From positions 23,524 through 87,523 of the forward strand of contig CAKOXV010000001.1 in NCBI GenBank assembly GCA_934130355.1: a DNA stretch of 64,000 nucleotides, given 5' to 3'. Under the pieces are notes generated by a model. The model was not told the origin of the DNA, did not search any database, and worked only from the letters and a program-made list of their open reading frames with translations. This document shows, piece by piece, positions 1-10,887 of this stretch. Source of the stretch: an uncultured Clostridia bacterium (lineage in GTDB: Bacteria; Bacillota; Clostridia; TANB77; CAG-508). The number at the start of each line of letters is the position of its first letter. Position 1 is the stretch's first letter. Both the position numbers and the translations under genes were made by a program.

Positions 1-275
1 CTTTGGCTCTGTTGGAGTTGTTGGTTCTTCTTTTGGTTCTTCCTTTGGCTCTGTTGGTGTTGTTGGTTCTACTTTTGGTTCCTCCTTCGGCTCTGTTGGT
101 GTTGTTGGTTCTACTTTTGGTTCCTCCTTTGGCTCTGTTGGTGTTGTTGGCTCTTCTTTTGGTTCCTCCTTTGGCTCTGTTGGTGTTGTTGGTTCTACTT
201 TTGGTTCCTCCTTTGGCTCTGTTGGAGTTGTTGGTTCTACTTTTGGTTCTTCTTTTGGCTCAGTTGGGGTTACTG
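1..275 (-). repeat. Tandem 42-nt repeat, at least 6.5 units, encoding a 14-aa EEPKVEPTTPTEPK-like unit in the L,D-transpeptidase tail
   Basis: Units ctttggctctgttggtgttgttggttctacttttggttcctc start at 1, 43, 85, 127, 169 and 211, with a partial unit at 253. There are a few substitutions between units. Confidence 0.9.
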
Positions 276-1079
276 GTTTTACATAGTTTTTCCAAGGATT
301 TTCTGCATCAGGATCTGTTGGATCCCATCCTCTTACTTCTTCATCATCCGAAATTTTTTGAGCTGTTGGTTTTCCAAGTGGACCTGGGTTTGAATCTTCA
401 TAAAATTCAACTTTAGTTCCAGGCTTACAATTATCATATATCCATTTTGCATCTTGAACTGTTAGTCGTATACAACCTGCAGATGCTTTAGTTCCTAATT
501 TATCATATTCCCAATATTCCAATGTTCCTTTAGCTTTGCTTGTGTATGGTACAGAATGGAATAAAATACTACCTTTAATTCTTGTATAATATTGAGCCCA
601 TACTCCACCTACCATTTGTCCCCATGTCCATCTATCCCATTTTCCATTAGGAATTGTATATACATTTCCCGCTGCTGGTGTTGCAGTTCCAATTGAGCAT
701 AACATTGCTTTATATGGAACTGTATAATCACCATTTTCATCTTTTGTATATATCGTTACTACATTTGCCTTGTTATTTACTTTTATATAATATTTGATAT
801 TATCTGAAGTTTGAGAAGATGCCTGATTTGAATCTGTTTTAGTATCTTCCTGTTTTGGTTGTTCTTCTGTTGTTTCTTCTACTTCAGGTTCTTTCTCTTC
901 TTGCTCTTTTGGTTCTTCATTATCTTCTGTTTTCAATTCATCTGAAGCCGTAGGTATCGTTTCTCCATTATCTTGTATTGTTGATTTTTTTGATTTTACT
1001 AAACCTATAATTCCAATTACACTTAGTAATACTACTAGTAGTGCTATTACTATTAATATATACTTCTTATTTTTATTCA
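1..1079 (-). CDS. L,D-transpeptidase (YkuD domain) with N-terminal membrane anchor and C-terminal Pro/Thr/Glu/Lys repeat; the C-terminus runs off the left edge
   Basis: My own translation of the minus strand from the ATG at 1079 gives MNKNKKYILIVIALLVVLLSVIGIIGLVKSKK... It continues ...WAQYYTRIKGSILFHSVPYTSKAKGTLEYWEYDKLGTKASAGCIRLTVQDAKWIYDNCKP, i.e. the His and SxGCIR catalytic motifs. It is absent from the ORF track because there is no stop codon inside the window. Confidence 0.8.
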
Positions 1080-1107
1080 TTTGCTAATTCTTCCTTTTAT
1101 AGTAAAA

Positions 1108-3921
1108 TTACTCATCTTTTACAGTATTTATTTTGAATAGTTTCATTAGTTCTACAATTATTATAGGAGATAAAACTAATATTATAACATATATAGTGTT
1201 ACTCATTGGTAAAATAGGAATACTGAATGCATGTCTTAATGCAGGTATAATTAGTATTATTCCCATTAGTGCAGCTGACACTAGTACTGCATATATTAAT
1301 ATACTATTTCCTAATATTCCTGTTTTAAATATAGAGTTCTTATTATCTCTTATATTAAACACATGAACTAGCTCTGCTAATGCTAAAACTATAAATGCCA
1401 TTGTTTGCCCTATTTCTACTTTGATTTCTTCTGCTGACAAATATCTTCCACCATCTACTAATATATCATTTATGTTTTCTATTTCTTCAGCTGGTATAAC
1501 TTCACCATTATATTCTACCATTGTAGGAAGTTTTGATTCAGGAGTTGATAATCCGATAAGAAAAGCTAATAATGTTATAACTCCTATCATAATTCCTTGA
1601 TATACAATTCTAAATGTTCTTCCTTTAGTAAAAATTCCTTCATCCTTTTTTATTGGTTTTCTATTCATTACATCTCTATTTGCTGGATCAAATGCTAATG
1701 CTAATGCTGGAAGCGAATCTGTTACAAGATTTATCCATAAAATATGTGTTGGTAATAATATTTGAAGTAGAGTAACATCTACTCCAAAACTTTTTGCAAT
1801 AACTGGTGCAAATAATGTTGCTAGCAATAATACAACTACTTCACCAACATTACATGATATTAGAAATTGTATTACTTTTAAAATATTATCATATATACGT
1901 CTACCTTCTTCTACTGCTGATACTATTGTTGCAAAATTGTCATCTGTTAGAATAACATCTGCAGCTTCTTTAGCTACTTCTGTTCCTACTTTTCCCATTG
2001 CACATCCAATGTCTGCTATTTTTAGTGCTGGGCTATCATTTACTCCATCACCTGTCATTGCTACTATTTCGCCATTTGCTTGCCAAGCCTTTACTATACG
2101 CACTTTGTGCTCTGGTGACACTCTTGCATATACTGAATATTTTCTTACATTTTTTATTAAATCCTCATCAGATATTTTGTCTAACTCTATTCCTGTTAAT
2201 GCTTCATCATCATTTTCTAATATTCCTAATTTTTTAGCAATTGCAACAGCTGTAACTTTATGGTCTCCTGTAATCATTACAGTTTTTATTCCAGCTTTTT
2301 TACATTTTTCAACTGCCTTTTTAGCTTCTTCTCTTGGTGGATCTATCATTCCAACTAATCCTATAAATGTTAAATCTTTTTCAATTGTTTTCATCTCTTC
2401 TTTTGATGGTTTATGATCAAGTTCTTTATATGCAAATGCTAAGACTCTTAAAGCATTTTTAGCCATATTTTCATTGTTTTCTCTTATCCATTTTGCATAA
2501 TCATTTAGGTTAGTTCTAATTTCTCCTTTATATAAATAAGAATTACATATTTTTAATAATTCATCTACTCCACCTTTTGTATAAACTGTATATTTTCCAT
2601 CTTTTTCGTTAACAGTTGTCATTAGTTTTCTTTCAGAATCAAATGGTACTTCTTGAACTCTTGGATTTTCTCTAATTATTGCTTCTGGATATTCTAGTTT
2701 AAATGCCATATCTATTAAAGCGGTTTCTGTTGGATCTCCTGCAATTTCATTGTTTTCTAGTATTCTTGAATCATTACATAACATGCAGTCATATACTAAT
2801 TTTCGGAAATCCTCACTTGTTTCAACTCTTTCTATTTCTGTTGTTACATCATTGCAAAATACTTTTTCAACTGTCATTTTGTTTTGTGTTAGTGTTCCTG
2901 TCTTATCTGAACAAATTACTGTACTACTTCCTAGTGTTTCAACTGCAGGTAGTTTTTTTACAATAGCATTTTTCTTTACCATTTTTTGAACACCTATTGC
3001 TAATACTATTGTTGATACTGCTACTAATCCTTCAGGAATTACTGCAACAGCTAATGATACAGCTGTCATAAACATTTCTATTACACCTTTTCCTTGTAAT
3101 AATCCAATTACAAATATTACTGCACATATTACTAGAGCTGCAATTCCTAATGTTTTTCCTAAACTATTTAATCTTGCTTGAAGTGGTGTTTCTTGTTTTT
3201 CTGTTTCATTTAGCATTCCAGCTATTTTTCCTACTTCTGTATTCATTCCTGTATCTACAACAATACCTTTTCCTCTACCATAAGTAATTAAACTTGATGA
3301 AAATAGCATGTTTTTTCTGTCTCCAATTGCAACTTCAACACCTTTAATTTCATCTGTTTCTTTTTCTACTGGTACAGATTCTCCTGTTAATGAACTTTCT
3401 TGTGATTTTAAATTTATAGCTTCTACTAATCTCAAATCTGCTGATACATAATCTCCTGTTTCAATTATAACTATGTCTCCTGGTACTAATTCTCGTGCAG
3501 GTATAACTTGTTCTTTTCCATCTCTTATTACTTTTGCAGCATGTTCACTTAATTTTTGCAAAGCTTCAAGTGATTTTTCTGCTTTGCTTTCTTGTGCAAC
3601 TCCTATTACAGCATTTAATATTACGACTAACATAATTACTATTGTATCTGTGATTCCTTCTCCTTGTGTAATTCCAACTATCCCTGAGACAATCGCTGCA
3701 ATAATTAACACTATAATTGAAAAATCTTTAAATTGTGCTATGAATTTTTTGTATAATGGTTCTTTCTTTTTTTCTTGTAATTCATTTAAACCATATTTGG
3801 TTTTATGTTCTTCTACTTTGCTACTGTTTAACCCTTTCTCAATATTGGTTTCTAATTCTTCTTCAACTTCACTTACATTTTTGTTAAACCACTTTTTTTC
3901 CATTTTCATCTTTCCTTTCAT
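1108..3921 (-). CDS. Calcium-translocating P-type ATPase (PMCA/SERCA-like, P2 type)
   Basis: 937 aa. Motifs seen: CSDKTGTLTQN phosphorylation site, TGES, MITGDH, MTGDGVNDSPALK, and about 10 predicted TM segments. Confidence 0.9.
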   Translation of the reverse strand: MKGKMKMEKKWFNKNVSEVEEELETNIEKGLNSSKVEEHKTKYGLNELQEKKKEPLYKKFIAQFKDFSIIVLIIAAIVSGIVGITQGEGITDTIVIMLVVILNAVIGVAQESKAEKSLEALQKLSEHAAKVIRDGKEQVIPARELVPGDIVIIETGDYVSADLRLVEAINLKSQESSLTGESVPVEKETDEIKGVEVAIGDRKNMLFSSSLITYGRGKGIVVDTGMNTEVGKIAGMLNETEKQETPLQARLNSLGKTLGIAALVICAVIFVIGLLQGKGVIEMFMTAVSLAVAVIPEGLVAVSTIVLAIGVQKMVKKNAIVKKLPAVETLGSSTVICSDKTGTLTQNKMTVEKVFCNDVTTEIERVETSEDFRKLVYDCMLCNDSRILENNEIAGDPTETALIDMAFKLEYPEAIIRENPRVQEVPFDSERKLMTTVNEKDGKYTVYTKGGVDELLKICNSYLYKGEIRTNLNDYAKWIRENNENMAKNALRVLAFAYKELDHKPSKEEMKTIEKDLTFIGLVGMIDPPREEAKKAVEKCKKAGIKTVMITGDHKVTAVAIAKKLGILENDDEALTGIELDKISDEDLIKNVRKYSVYARVSPEHKVRIVKAWQANGEIVAMTGDGVNDSPALKIADIGCAMGKVGTEVAKEAADVILTDDNFATIVSAVEEGRRIYDNILKVIQFLISCNVGEVVVLLLATLFAPVIAKSFGVDVTLLQILLPTHILWINLVTDSLPALALAFDPANRDVMNRKPIKKDEGIFTKGRTFRIVYQGIMIGVITLLAFLIGLSTPESKLPTMVEYNGEVIPAEEIENINDILVDGGRYLSAEEIKVEIGQTMAFIVLALAELVHVFNIRDNKNSIFKTGILGNSILIYAVLVSAALMGIILIIPALRHAFSIPILPMSNTIYVIILVLSPIIIVELMKLFKINTVKDE

Positions 3922-4023
3922 TTTGGCTAATTTAAAAATTTTTTTAACATTGACTTTAAGCTAATCTCTTTTTACGTTAATATTGTAACCATTTTACAAA
4001 TTTTGTATTTTAAAAACGAGATT

Positions 4024-4073
4024 TTTAAAGAAAAATTTAGTCTTTTCTTTAAAAGTCTCGTTTACTTTTTATA
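4024..4073 (-). terminator. Long hairpin (21-bp stem, one mismatch) downstream of tRNA-Glu
   Basis: aaacgagatttttaaagaaaa pairs with ttttctttaaaagtctcgttt. On the minus strand a T-run follows the stem. Confidence 0.5.
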
Positions 4074-4170
4074 AAGCTTGTTAACCAGATTTAATTTCTT
4101 TTCAAGGAAATTAAGAAATCGCGACTGTTGATTAACAATTTAAAACTACTCCCTTTCAAGGTTGCAATAT

Positions 4171-4245
4171 TGGTGACCCGTACGAGAATCGAACTCATGA
4201 TTCCACCTTGAGAGGGTGGCGTCTTAACCGCTTGACCAACGGGCC
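4171..4245 (-). tRNA. tRNA-Glu (anticodon CUC), CCA encoded
   Basis: The reverse complement GGCCCGTTGGTCAAGCGGTTAAGACGCCACCCTCTCAAGGTGGAATCATGAGTTCGATTCTCGTACGGGTCACCA folds as a cloverleaf. The anticodon loop is CTCTCAA. Confidence 0.9.
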
Positions 4246-4312
4246 ATTATTAAATTACTTTATTAATATACCATATTTAGTAAAGTTAGTCAATTGTTTT
4301 TAGATTTTTTTC

Positions 4313-4338
4313 AAAAAAGAACGCACATAAGTGCGTCC
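4313..4338 (-). terminator. Rho-independent terminator after the coupling-protein-like gene
   Basis: Minus strand reads GGACGCAC-TTAT-GTGCGTTC followed by TTTTTT. Confidence 0.7.
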
Positions 4339-4345
4339 TTTTGTT

Positions 4346-6667
4346 TTATTCTTCTTTCTTTTTCTTAAAATTAACAACAATTGCATTTTCATTATCAAAT
4401 TCAAAAGTAGCATCTGTTGTATCTGTTTGTATAGGATTTGCTTCATCATTTTCATCAGTAAAATTTACATGTTGATAATCAAATTTAGGTTTACCAACTT
4501 TTGTTTCATCCTCGCCAGTTACACCTGATGTAAATTTTGTAAAATTGTATTTTTTAACTGGTTGTTCTTCTTTATATTTAGAACCTATAAAGTTAAACAC
4601 ACCTTCACCAACTTCAAACTTTCCTGCTTCTGTTTTTAATTTAACAGCAGCATGTTTAAAATGTAATGATGCAAGTTTATTTGATGCAAAATAGTTTTCC
4701 CAGTCATATTTTACACCTCCATACTTAGAATCGTATTGTAATTTTTCCATATCCATACTGTTAGTATATTTCCATGTTCTTCTTTGTAAAAATTCTTTTT
4801 GCCACCATTCTAGTTCTTCAGGTACTCCATCACCCATAAAGATTTTGCTAGCACAGTTTGATAAAATAGTTTCTTTATATTTCATTCTTGCTGAATTTCC
4901 TTCTAATTGTGCTAAGTTTTGTGCTGTAATTGTTGTTGCAACTTTATATTTACGATACATTGTGAATATTGCTTCTGTATCTTTACAAATAAAGTCTGGG
5001 AATTCATCTATGTAGCAGAAATGTGGTACTCTAGTACTTTCATTTCCTGGTCTTCTCAATACTGCATTTTGCATTGATAAGATAAAGAATAATCCAAATG
5101 CTCTATGACTTGTTCTACCTAAATCTCCTCTACGTGTACATACTAATGTAATTTCTCCATTTCTTAGTGCATTATCAAAGTTTAAGTTGTCATGTCTATT
5201 ACATAAAATTGTTTTAACACCTGGTAGTCTTAATAAATTGTCTAATTGTGCAGCTGCTAAGTAAATATATTTTTCTGTATCTGCTCTTCCTACACTGTCT
5301 TTGTAGAAATTCTTTTTGAAATATGCAAGTTGTATTGCATATTTATTAGCAAGTTCTTCGTTAGAATTCATTACTTCACACATTTTTTGAACTAAATCAA
5401 AATTTGTAAGCATTTTTAGCATATCTTCCAAGTTTGGTATATTTCCACCATTTAATCTTGGATACATTTCTTTTAATATTATTGTAATGTTTTCAATTGC
5501 TTGAATTATAAAGTCTTCTCTGTATGCTTCTTCAATTTCTGGATGTGTATTTACATACATTCCCTTTAAAACTGATGAAATTGTTATTGCAATTTTTGAA
5601 ACATCATCATACACGAATGGGTTTAAACCAATTGAATTTGTGCTTGCTGGATCAATTAAATTATATTTAATATGATAATTTTTGCAAATATTTATTATTC
5701 TTGATGTTGTTTCAAAATCTGGTGATATTGATGTTATTCCTAAATCTCTATATGATATTTCATCACCTATTGTTCCTAATATCATTTTAGTCATATATGC
5801 TTTATAAACTGATTCTTTTCCAGATACAGGTTTAAGCATATTTAAATTAAAGTTTTCATTTAAATAATCATTGTCATAAGGTCTATTTAGTACAGCAATT
5901 CCTGTTTTTAGTGCTGTATATCCCATTTCTTTTGCATTTGCTATATAAAATGCTTTTTTCTCAATATCTTTTGCCATCATTGGTTCTAATATTAATGATG
6001 TTTTTCCTGTTCCAGAACCTCCAACAACTATTAAAGATTGATATCTACTTTTTTCTGTAAATGTCATTTTCTTGCCACTCTCAAAGTTACTGCATAATAC
6101 CATATCACATGTAAATGGTCCATGTCCTGCTTTAGTGTCTGATAAGCTTATTCCTTTATAATCCCAAATTGATCTTGTTTGGTCTTTGCTATCCATAACA
6201 CCTAAACGTATGAATTTTATTATTCCATAGAATGTTGTTAATGGTAAGAAAATTGCTATTGCAGTAAATGCTGGCCTTATTAGTTCAGAAAAATTTGATA
6301 CTAATTCAGTATATCCTGGTAATGAAACTAGAAATATCCAGGCAGCCATATTTAACCATTGAGTAAACATTGATATCGCAACAATATATAATGTTACAAT
6401 ATATGTAAAGAATAATGTTACTTTCATATTTTTTGATGATGCAAACTCTGATGATGGTGAAAACAAATATGCAAATATTGGGCAAGCCATTGCTAATGTA
6501 TATTGTATTGGTCCCCAATATGAAATTGATACTCCTGTGAATATCATAAATAACATTTCTACAATTCTATCTACTACAATGTAAACTGAAAGCATTGTTA
6601 ATATGTAAGTTGCAAAAGTATTTCTACTTGCATTTAATTTTTTTAAAAATTTATCTATTATCTTCAT
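4346..6667 (-). CDS. VirD4/TraG/TraD-family type IV coupling-protein-like P-loop ATPase with a polytopic N-terminal membrane domain
   Basis: 773 aa with about five N-terminal TM helices. Walker A is VVGGSGTGKTS. A TraG-D_C-like block reads FCYIDEFPDF...RKYKVATTITAQNLAQLEG...SNCASKIFMG. RBS AAGGGAGAG lies upstream. Confidence 0.7.
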   Translation of the reverse strand: MKIIDKFLKKLNASRNTFATYILTMLSVYIVVDRIVEMLFMIFTGVSISYWGPIQYTLAMACPIFAYLFSPSSEFASSKNMKVTLFFTYIVTLYIVAISMFTQWLNMAAWIFLVSLPGYTELVSNFSELIRPAFTAIAIFLPLTTFYGIIKFIRLGVMDSKDQTRSIWDYKGISLSDTKAGHGPFTCDMVLCSNFESGKKMTFTEKSRYQSLIVVGGSGTGKTSLILEPMMAKDIEKKAFYIANAKEMGYTALKTGIAVLNRPYDNDYLNENFNLNMLKPVSGKESVYKAYMTKMILGTIGDEISYRDLGITSISPDFETTSRIINICKNYHIKYNLIDPASTNSIGLNPFVYDDVSKIAITISSVLKGMYVNTHPEIEEAYREDFIIQAIENITIILKEMYPRLNGGNIPNLEDMLKMLTNFDLVQKMCEVMNSNEELANKYAIQLAYFKKNFYKDSVGRADTEKYIYLAAAQLDNLLRLPGVKTILCNRHDNLNFDNALRNGEITLVCTRRGDLGRTSHRAFGLFFILSMQNAVLRRPGNESTRVPHFCYIDEFPDFICKDTEAIFTMYRKYKVATTITAQNLAQLEGNSARMKYKETILSNCASKIFMGDGVPEELEWWQKEFLQRRTWKYTNSMDMEKLQYDSKYGGVKYDWENYFASNKLASLHFKHAAVKLKTEAGKFEVGEGVFNFIGSKYKEEQPVKKYNFTKFTSGVTGEDETKVGKPKFDYQHVNFTDENDEANPIQTDTTDATFEFDNENAIVVNFKKKKEE

Positions 6668-6761
6668 ATTCTCTCCCTTTCATTTTTTTGAAAGCCTTAT
6701 GTATATATTATCCTACAAAATCGTTAAAATTACAAGTTTTTTCAACAAATTTTACAAGTTT

Positions 6762-7613
6762 TTATATAATCACTTGCAAAATTAAACCTGATAAAACACC
6801 AATTGTATATAATATACCTACAATTTTTAAATTTTCTTTTAAATTTTTATTTGTTTTAAACAATACTAATACTCCAACGCCCGCATTTACAGCAACTCCT
6901 GAAATCAATATAGGCATTGATATTACATTTTCTATAAATAATTCTGTTAATATTATTGATGATGCACAATTTGGAATTAAACCTATAATTCCAGCTATAA
7001 TAGGACCTAATATTGAGTTTTGACTTACAATACTTGCTATCGTATCTTCTCCTATCATCGTGATCACGCCATTAAGTACTAAAGTTATTAAAAATATAAA
7101 TATAACTATATTTAATGTATGTTTTATAGCTGAAGTTATAATTCCTTCTTCACAATGACAATGTTCTTCTTCACATATTTCTTCAATTTTTTGTTCATTT
7201 TTTTCTTTTCCAATAATTCTTGCTATAGCATCAATAGAAAATCCTGCAATTATACCTATCAGTAATTTTATTGCCAATATAGACAATATTGTAGTTGCAG
7301 GAACAGCTTCTGTTAACAAAATTGGTAACATCTCATCAGAAGTGGTTAAATAAACTGATATTAATGTTCCTAATGTTATTACTCTAGCAGCATATAAATT
7401 AGTTGCAGATACAGAAAATCCACATTGTGGAAAAATTCCAACAATGGCACCTAGTAGAGGTCCAAATTTTCCTGATTTTTGAATTGTATCTTTAACTTTT
7501 TCACTTGTTTTATGTTCTATATATTCCATTATTAAATATGTTATAAATAAAAATGGTAATAATTTTAATGTATCTAATGAAGTTTCTTTTAAAATATCCA
7601 ATAATACTTGCAT
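6762..7613 (-). CDS. Polytopic membrane protein, putative metal permease (ArsP_2/DUF2899-like)
   Basis: 283 aa with many TM segments and a central cytoplasmic Cys/His cluster, CEEEHCHCEEG. The family assignment is from memory of similar proteins and was not searched. Confidence 0.5.
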   Translation of the reverse strand: MQVLLDILKETSLDTLKLLPFLFITYLIMEYIEHKTSEKVKDTIQKSGKFGPLLGAIVGIFPQCGFSVSATNLYAARVITLGTLISVYLTTSDEMLPILLTEAVPATTILSILAIKLLIGIIAGFSIDAIARIIGKEKNEQKIEEICEEEHCHCEEGIITSAIKHTLNIVIFIFLITLVLNGVITMIGEDTIASIVSQNSILGPIIAGIIGLIPNCASSIILTELFIENVISMPILISGVAVNAGVGVLVLFKTNKNLKENLKIVGILYTIGVLSGLILQVII

Positions 7614-7625
7614 TATTTTTCCTTT

Positions 7626-8075
7626 CTAAACCTTTCCTTCTTTTATATCTTTAACAAATTTTTCTTTAATTTCATAAGGAAGTAATGTTATTTTCTCAAC
7701 ATCCTCTCTTTTCACTATTTCAGGAATATATTTTCCTCTATGTGCATATTTAGGATCACCTGAAAATTCTGGACCAGTTCCAGTCCCAAATTTTCCCCCA
7801 ATATACCTACATAAAAAGAAATATTCCATTTTATTTTGTTCTCCATTCTCTAATGTATATAATAACTTTTCGACTTCTACATCTATTCCAAATTCCTCTT
7901 TTATTTCCCTTATAGCTCCTTCTTCAAATGTTTCTTCACCTTCACGTCCACCTCCAGGAAATGTATAGTATTCACCAATAGGATGGTTTTGCACTCCAAT
8001 TCTATGCATAAATGCAAAACCATCTTGTAGTGGCACTATTCCAGCTAGACGAATTCTTATTTCTTTATTTTCCAT
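7626..8075 (-). CDS. NUDIX hydrolase
   Basis: Nudix box GGGREGEETFEEGAIREIKEEFG. Confidence 0.85.
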   Translation of the reverse strand: MENKEIRIRLAGIVPLQDGFAFMHRIGVQNHPIGEYYTFPGGGREGEETFEEGAIREIKEEFGIDVEVEKLLYTLENGEQNKMEYFFLCRYIGGKFGTGTGPEFSGDPKYAHRGKYIPEIVKREDVEKITLLPYEIKEKFVKDIKEGKV

Positions 8076-8102
8076 ATTTTCCTCCTATTTTTTTCTTTCG
8101 AA

Positions 8103-9392
<1,290 letters not shown>

Positions 9393-9403
9393 TTATCATT
9401 TTT

Positions 9404-10414
9404 TTATTCAAAATAATTTAGCATCATTGCTTCTTTCACTTTTTTCATTGTTTCTTTTGCTGTTTTTCTTGCTCTTTCAGTTCCATCTATTAGAATTTGA
9501 TTAACTAATTCTGGATGTTGTTCATAATATTTTCTTTTTTCTCTCATTGGTTCTAGAGTGTCGTTTATATTTTTAGCCAATTGTTTTTTACAAGCTACAC
9601 AACCTCTTTTACCAGCTCTACATTCTTCACAAACTGTTTTACATTCTTCCTCTGTGCTAAATAATTTGTGATAATATGAAACCATACATACATCAGGATT
9701 TCCTAAATCATCTTTTTTTATTCTGTTAGGATCTGTTACAGCACTCATTACTTTTTTATTTACTTCTTCAACTGTATCTGATAAGTAAATTGCATTTCCT
9801 AATGATTTACCCATTTTTTCATTTCCATCTAATCCTTTAATTCTTTTTTCTTTAGATAGAACTGCTTCTGGTTCTGCTAATACATCTCCATATATACTAT
9901 TAAACTTTCTTACAATTTCTCTACATTGTTCAATCAGTGGCAATTGGTCTTCTCCTACAGGCACAACTGTTCCATTCATTACTGTTATATCAGCTGCTTG
10001 ATTTACCGGATAACCTAAAAATCCATAAGTTACACTTTCTCCAAACAAATCTCTTTTTTGTGCAATTTCTGTTTTTACAGTAGGATTTCTTTCTAATCTA
10101 GCCACTGTTACTAAATTTGAATAAAAAACTGTTAGTTCCGCTGTTTCTGGTATCATTGATTGTATATAAATTGTTGTTTTTTCTGGGTCAATTCCAACAG
10201 ATAAGTAATCCATTACAACTTCTCTTACATTTTTTCTTACTTTTTCAGGATTGTTAAAATTATCTGTTAAAGCTTGGACATCTGCAACTAAAATATATGG
10301 TTCATATTCTCCACTTTCTTGTAATTTTACTCTATTTTTTAATGAACCAAAATAATGTCCTATATGTAATCTACCAGTTGGTCTATCTCCTGTTACTATT
10401 CTTTTTTTATCCAT
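9404..10414 (-). CDS. trpS: Tryptophan--tRNA ligase
   Basis: 336 aa with a class I HIGH-type motif (GRLHIGHYFG) and KMSKS-type motif (KMGKS). Confidence 0.95.
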   Translation of the reverse strand: MDKKRIVTGDRPTGRLHIGHYFGSLKNRVKLQESGEYEPYILVADVQALTDNFNNPEKVRKNVREVVMDYLSVGIDPEKTTIYIQSMIPETAELTVFYSNLVTVARLERNPTVKTEIAQKRDLFGESVTYGFLGYPVNQAADITVMNGTVVPVGEDQLPLIEQCREIVRKFNSIYGDVLAEPEAVLSKEKRIKGLDGNEKMGKSLGNAIYLSDTVEEVNKKVMSAVTDPNRIKKDDLGNPDVCMVSYYHKLFSTEEECKTVCEECRAGKRGCVACKKQLAKNINDTLEPMREKRKYYEQHPELVNQILIDGTERARKTAKETMKKVKEAMMLNYFE

Positions 10415-10561
10415 ATTATTTATTCCTTTCTAATTCAAATTATAATTTCCCTATTTTAACATAATAATTATACTATATTTTTCCAAAAAAATAAAGCCTT
10501 TTTAATAAAAGACTGCATTTTTTGTTATTGATTAATACACTAAGCATATAACTGCTTGATT

Positions 10562-10855
10562 GCACAATTGCCATATATATATATTGAAAACATTCCAAAT
10601 TTTGAACAAGCTAAACTTTCACATAAAATCTAATAGTGCAAAAAGAGCCTCTTTCACTTAGTCCAAAAATTAATATATTACTATGAAATAAAGCAAAGAC
10701 CCCCGACGAAGACCCTAGCTATGTTTTTGCTATTGAATAGTAATATATTAATTTTTGACGTGAACATTCCTCTTTTTGCACTTAAGATTTTCTATGCTCA
10801 AATTTAGATGCGCAAAATTTTTCATTATTCAATATATATGATATGGCAATTGTGC
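10562..10855 (-). repeat. Extended-hairpin element, copy 1 (294 bp, inverted orientation relative to copies 2 and 3)
   Basis: It shares the conserved core and the apical loop (cccccgacgaagaccc on the + strand) with 15759-16097 and 24719-25061. Its own basal stem is gcacaattgccatat.../...atatggcaattgtgc. Confidence 0.9.
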
Positions 10856-10887
10856 TAAACTATACATTTAATTTTAAGCATATTATT

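Noticed and set aside
3-416. 137-aa Leu-rich ORF on the + strand
   Set aside because: It is the antisense reading of the 42-nt tandem repeat and the L,D-transpeptidase gene. It is low-complexity poly-Leu/Val with no RBS. The minus-strand frame has clear YkuD catalytic motifs.
10415-10561. Possible T-box leader upstream of trpS
   Set aside because: The trpS-proximal leader is only about 150 nt before the hairpin element. I could not find a T-box sequence, a specifier-loop architecture, or a terminator/antiterminator pair.
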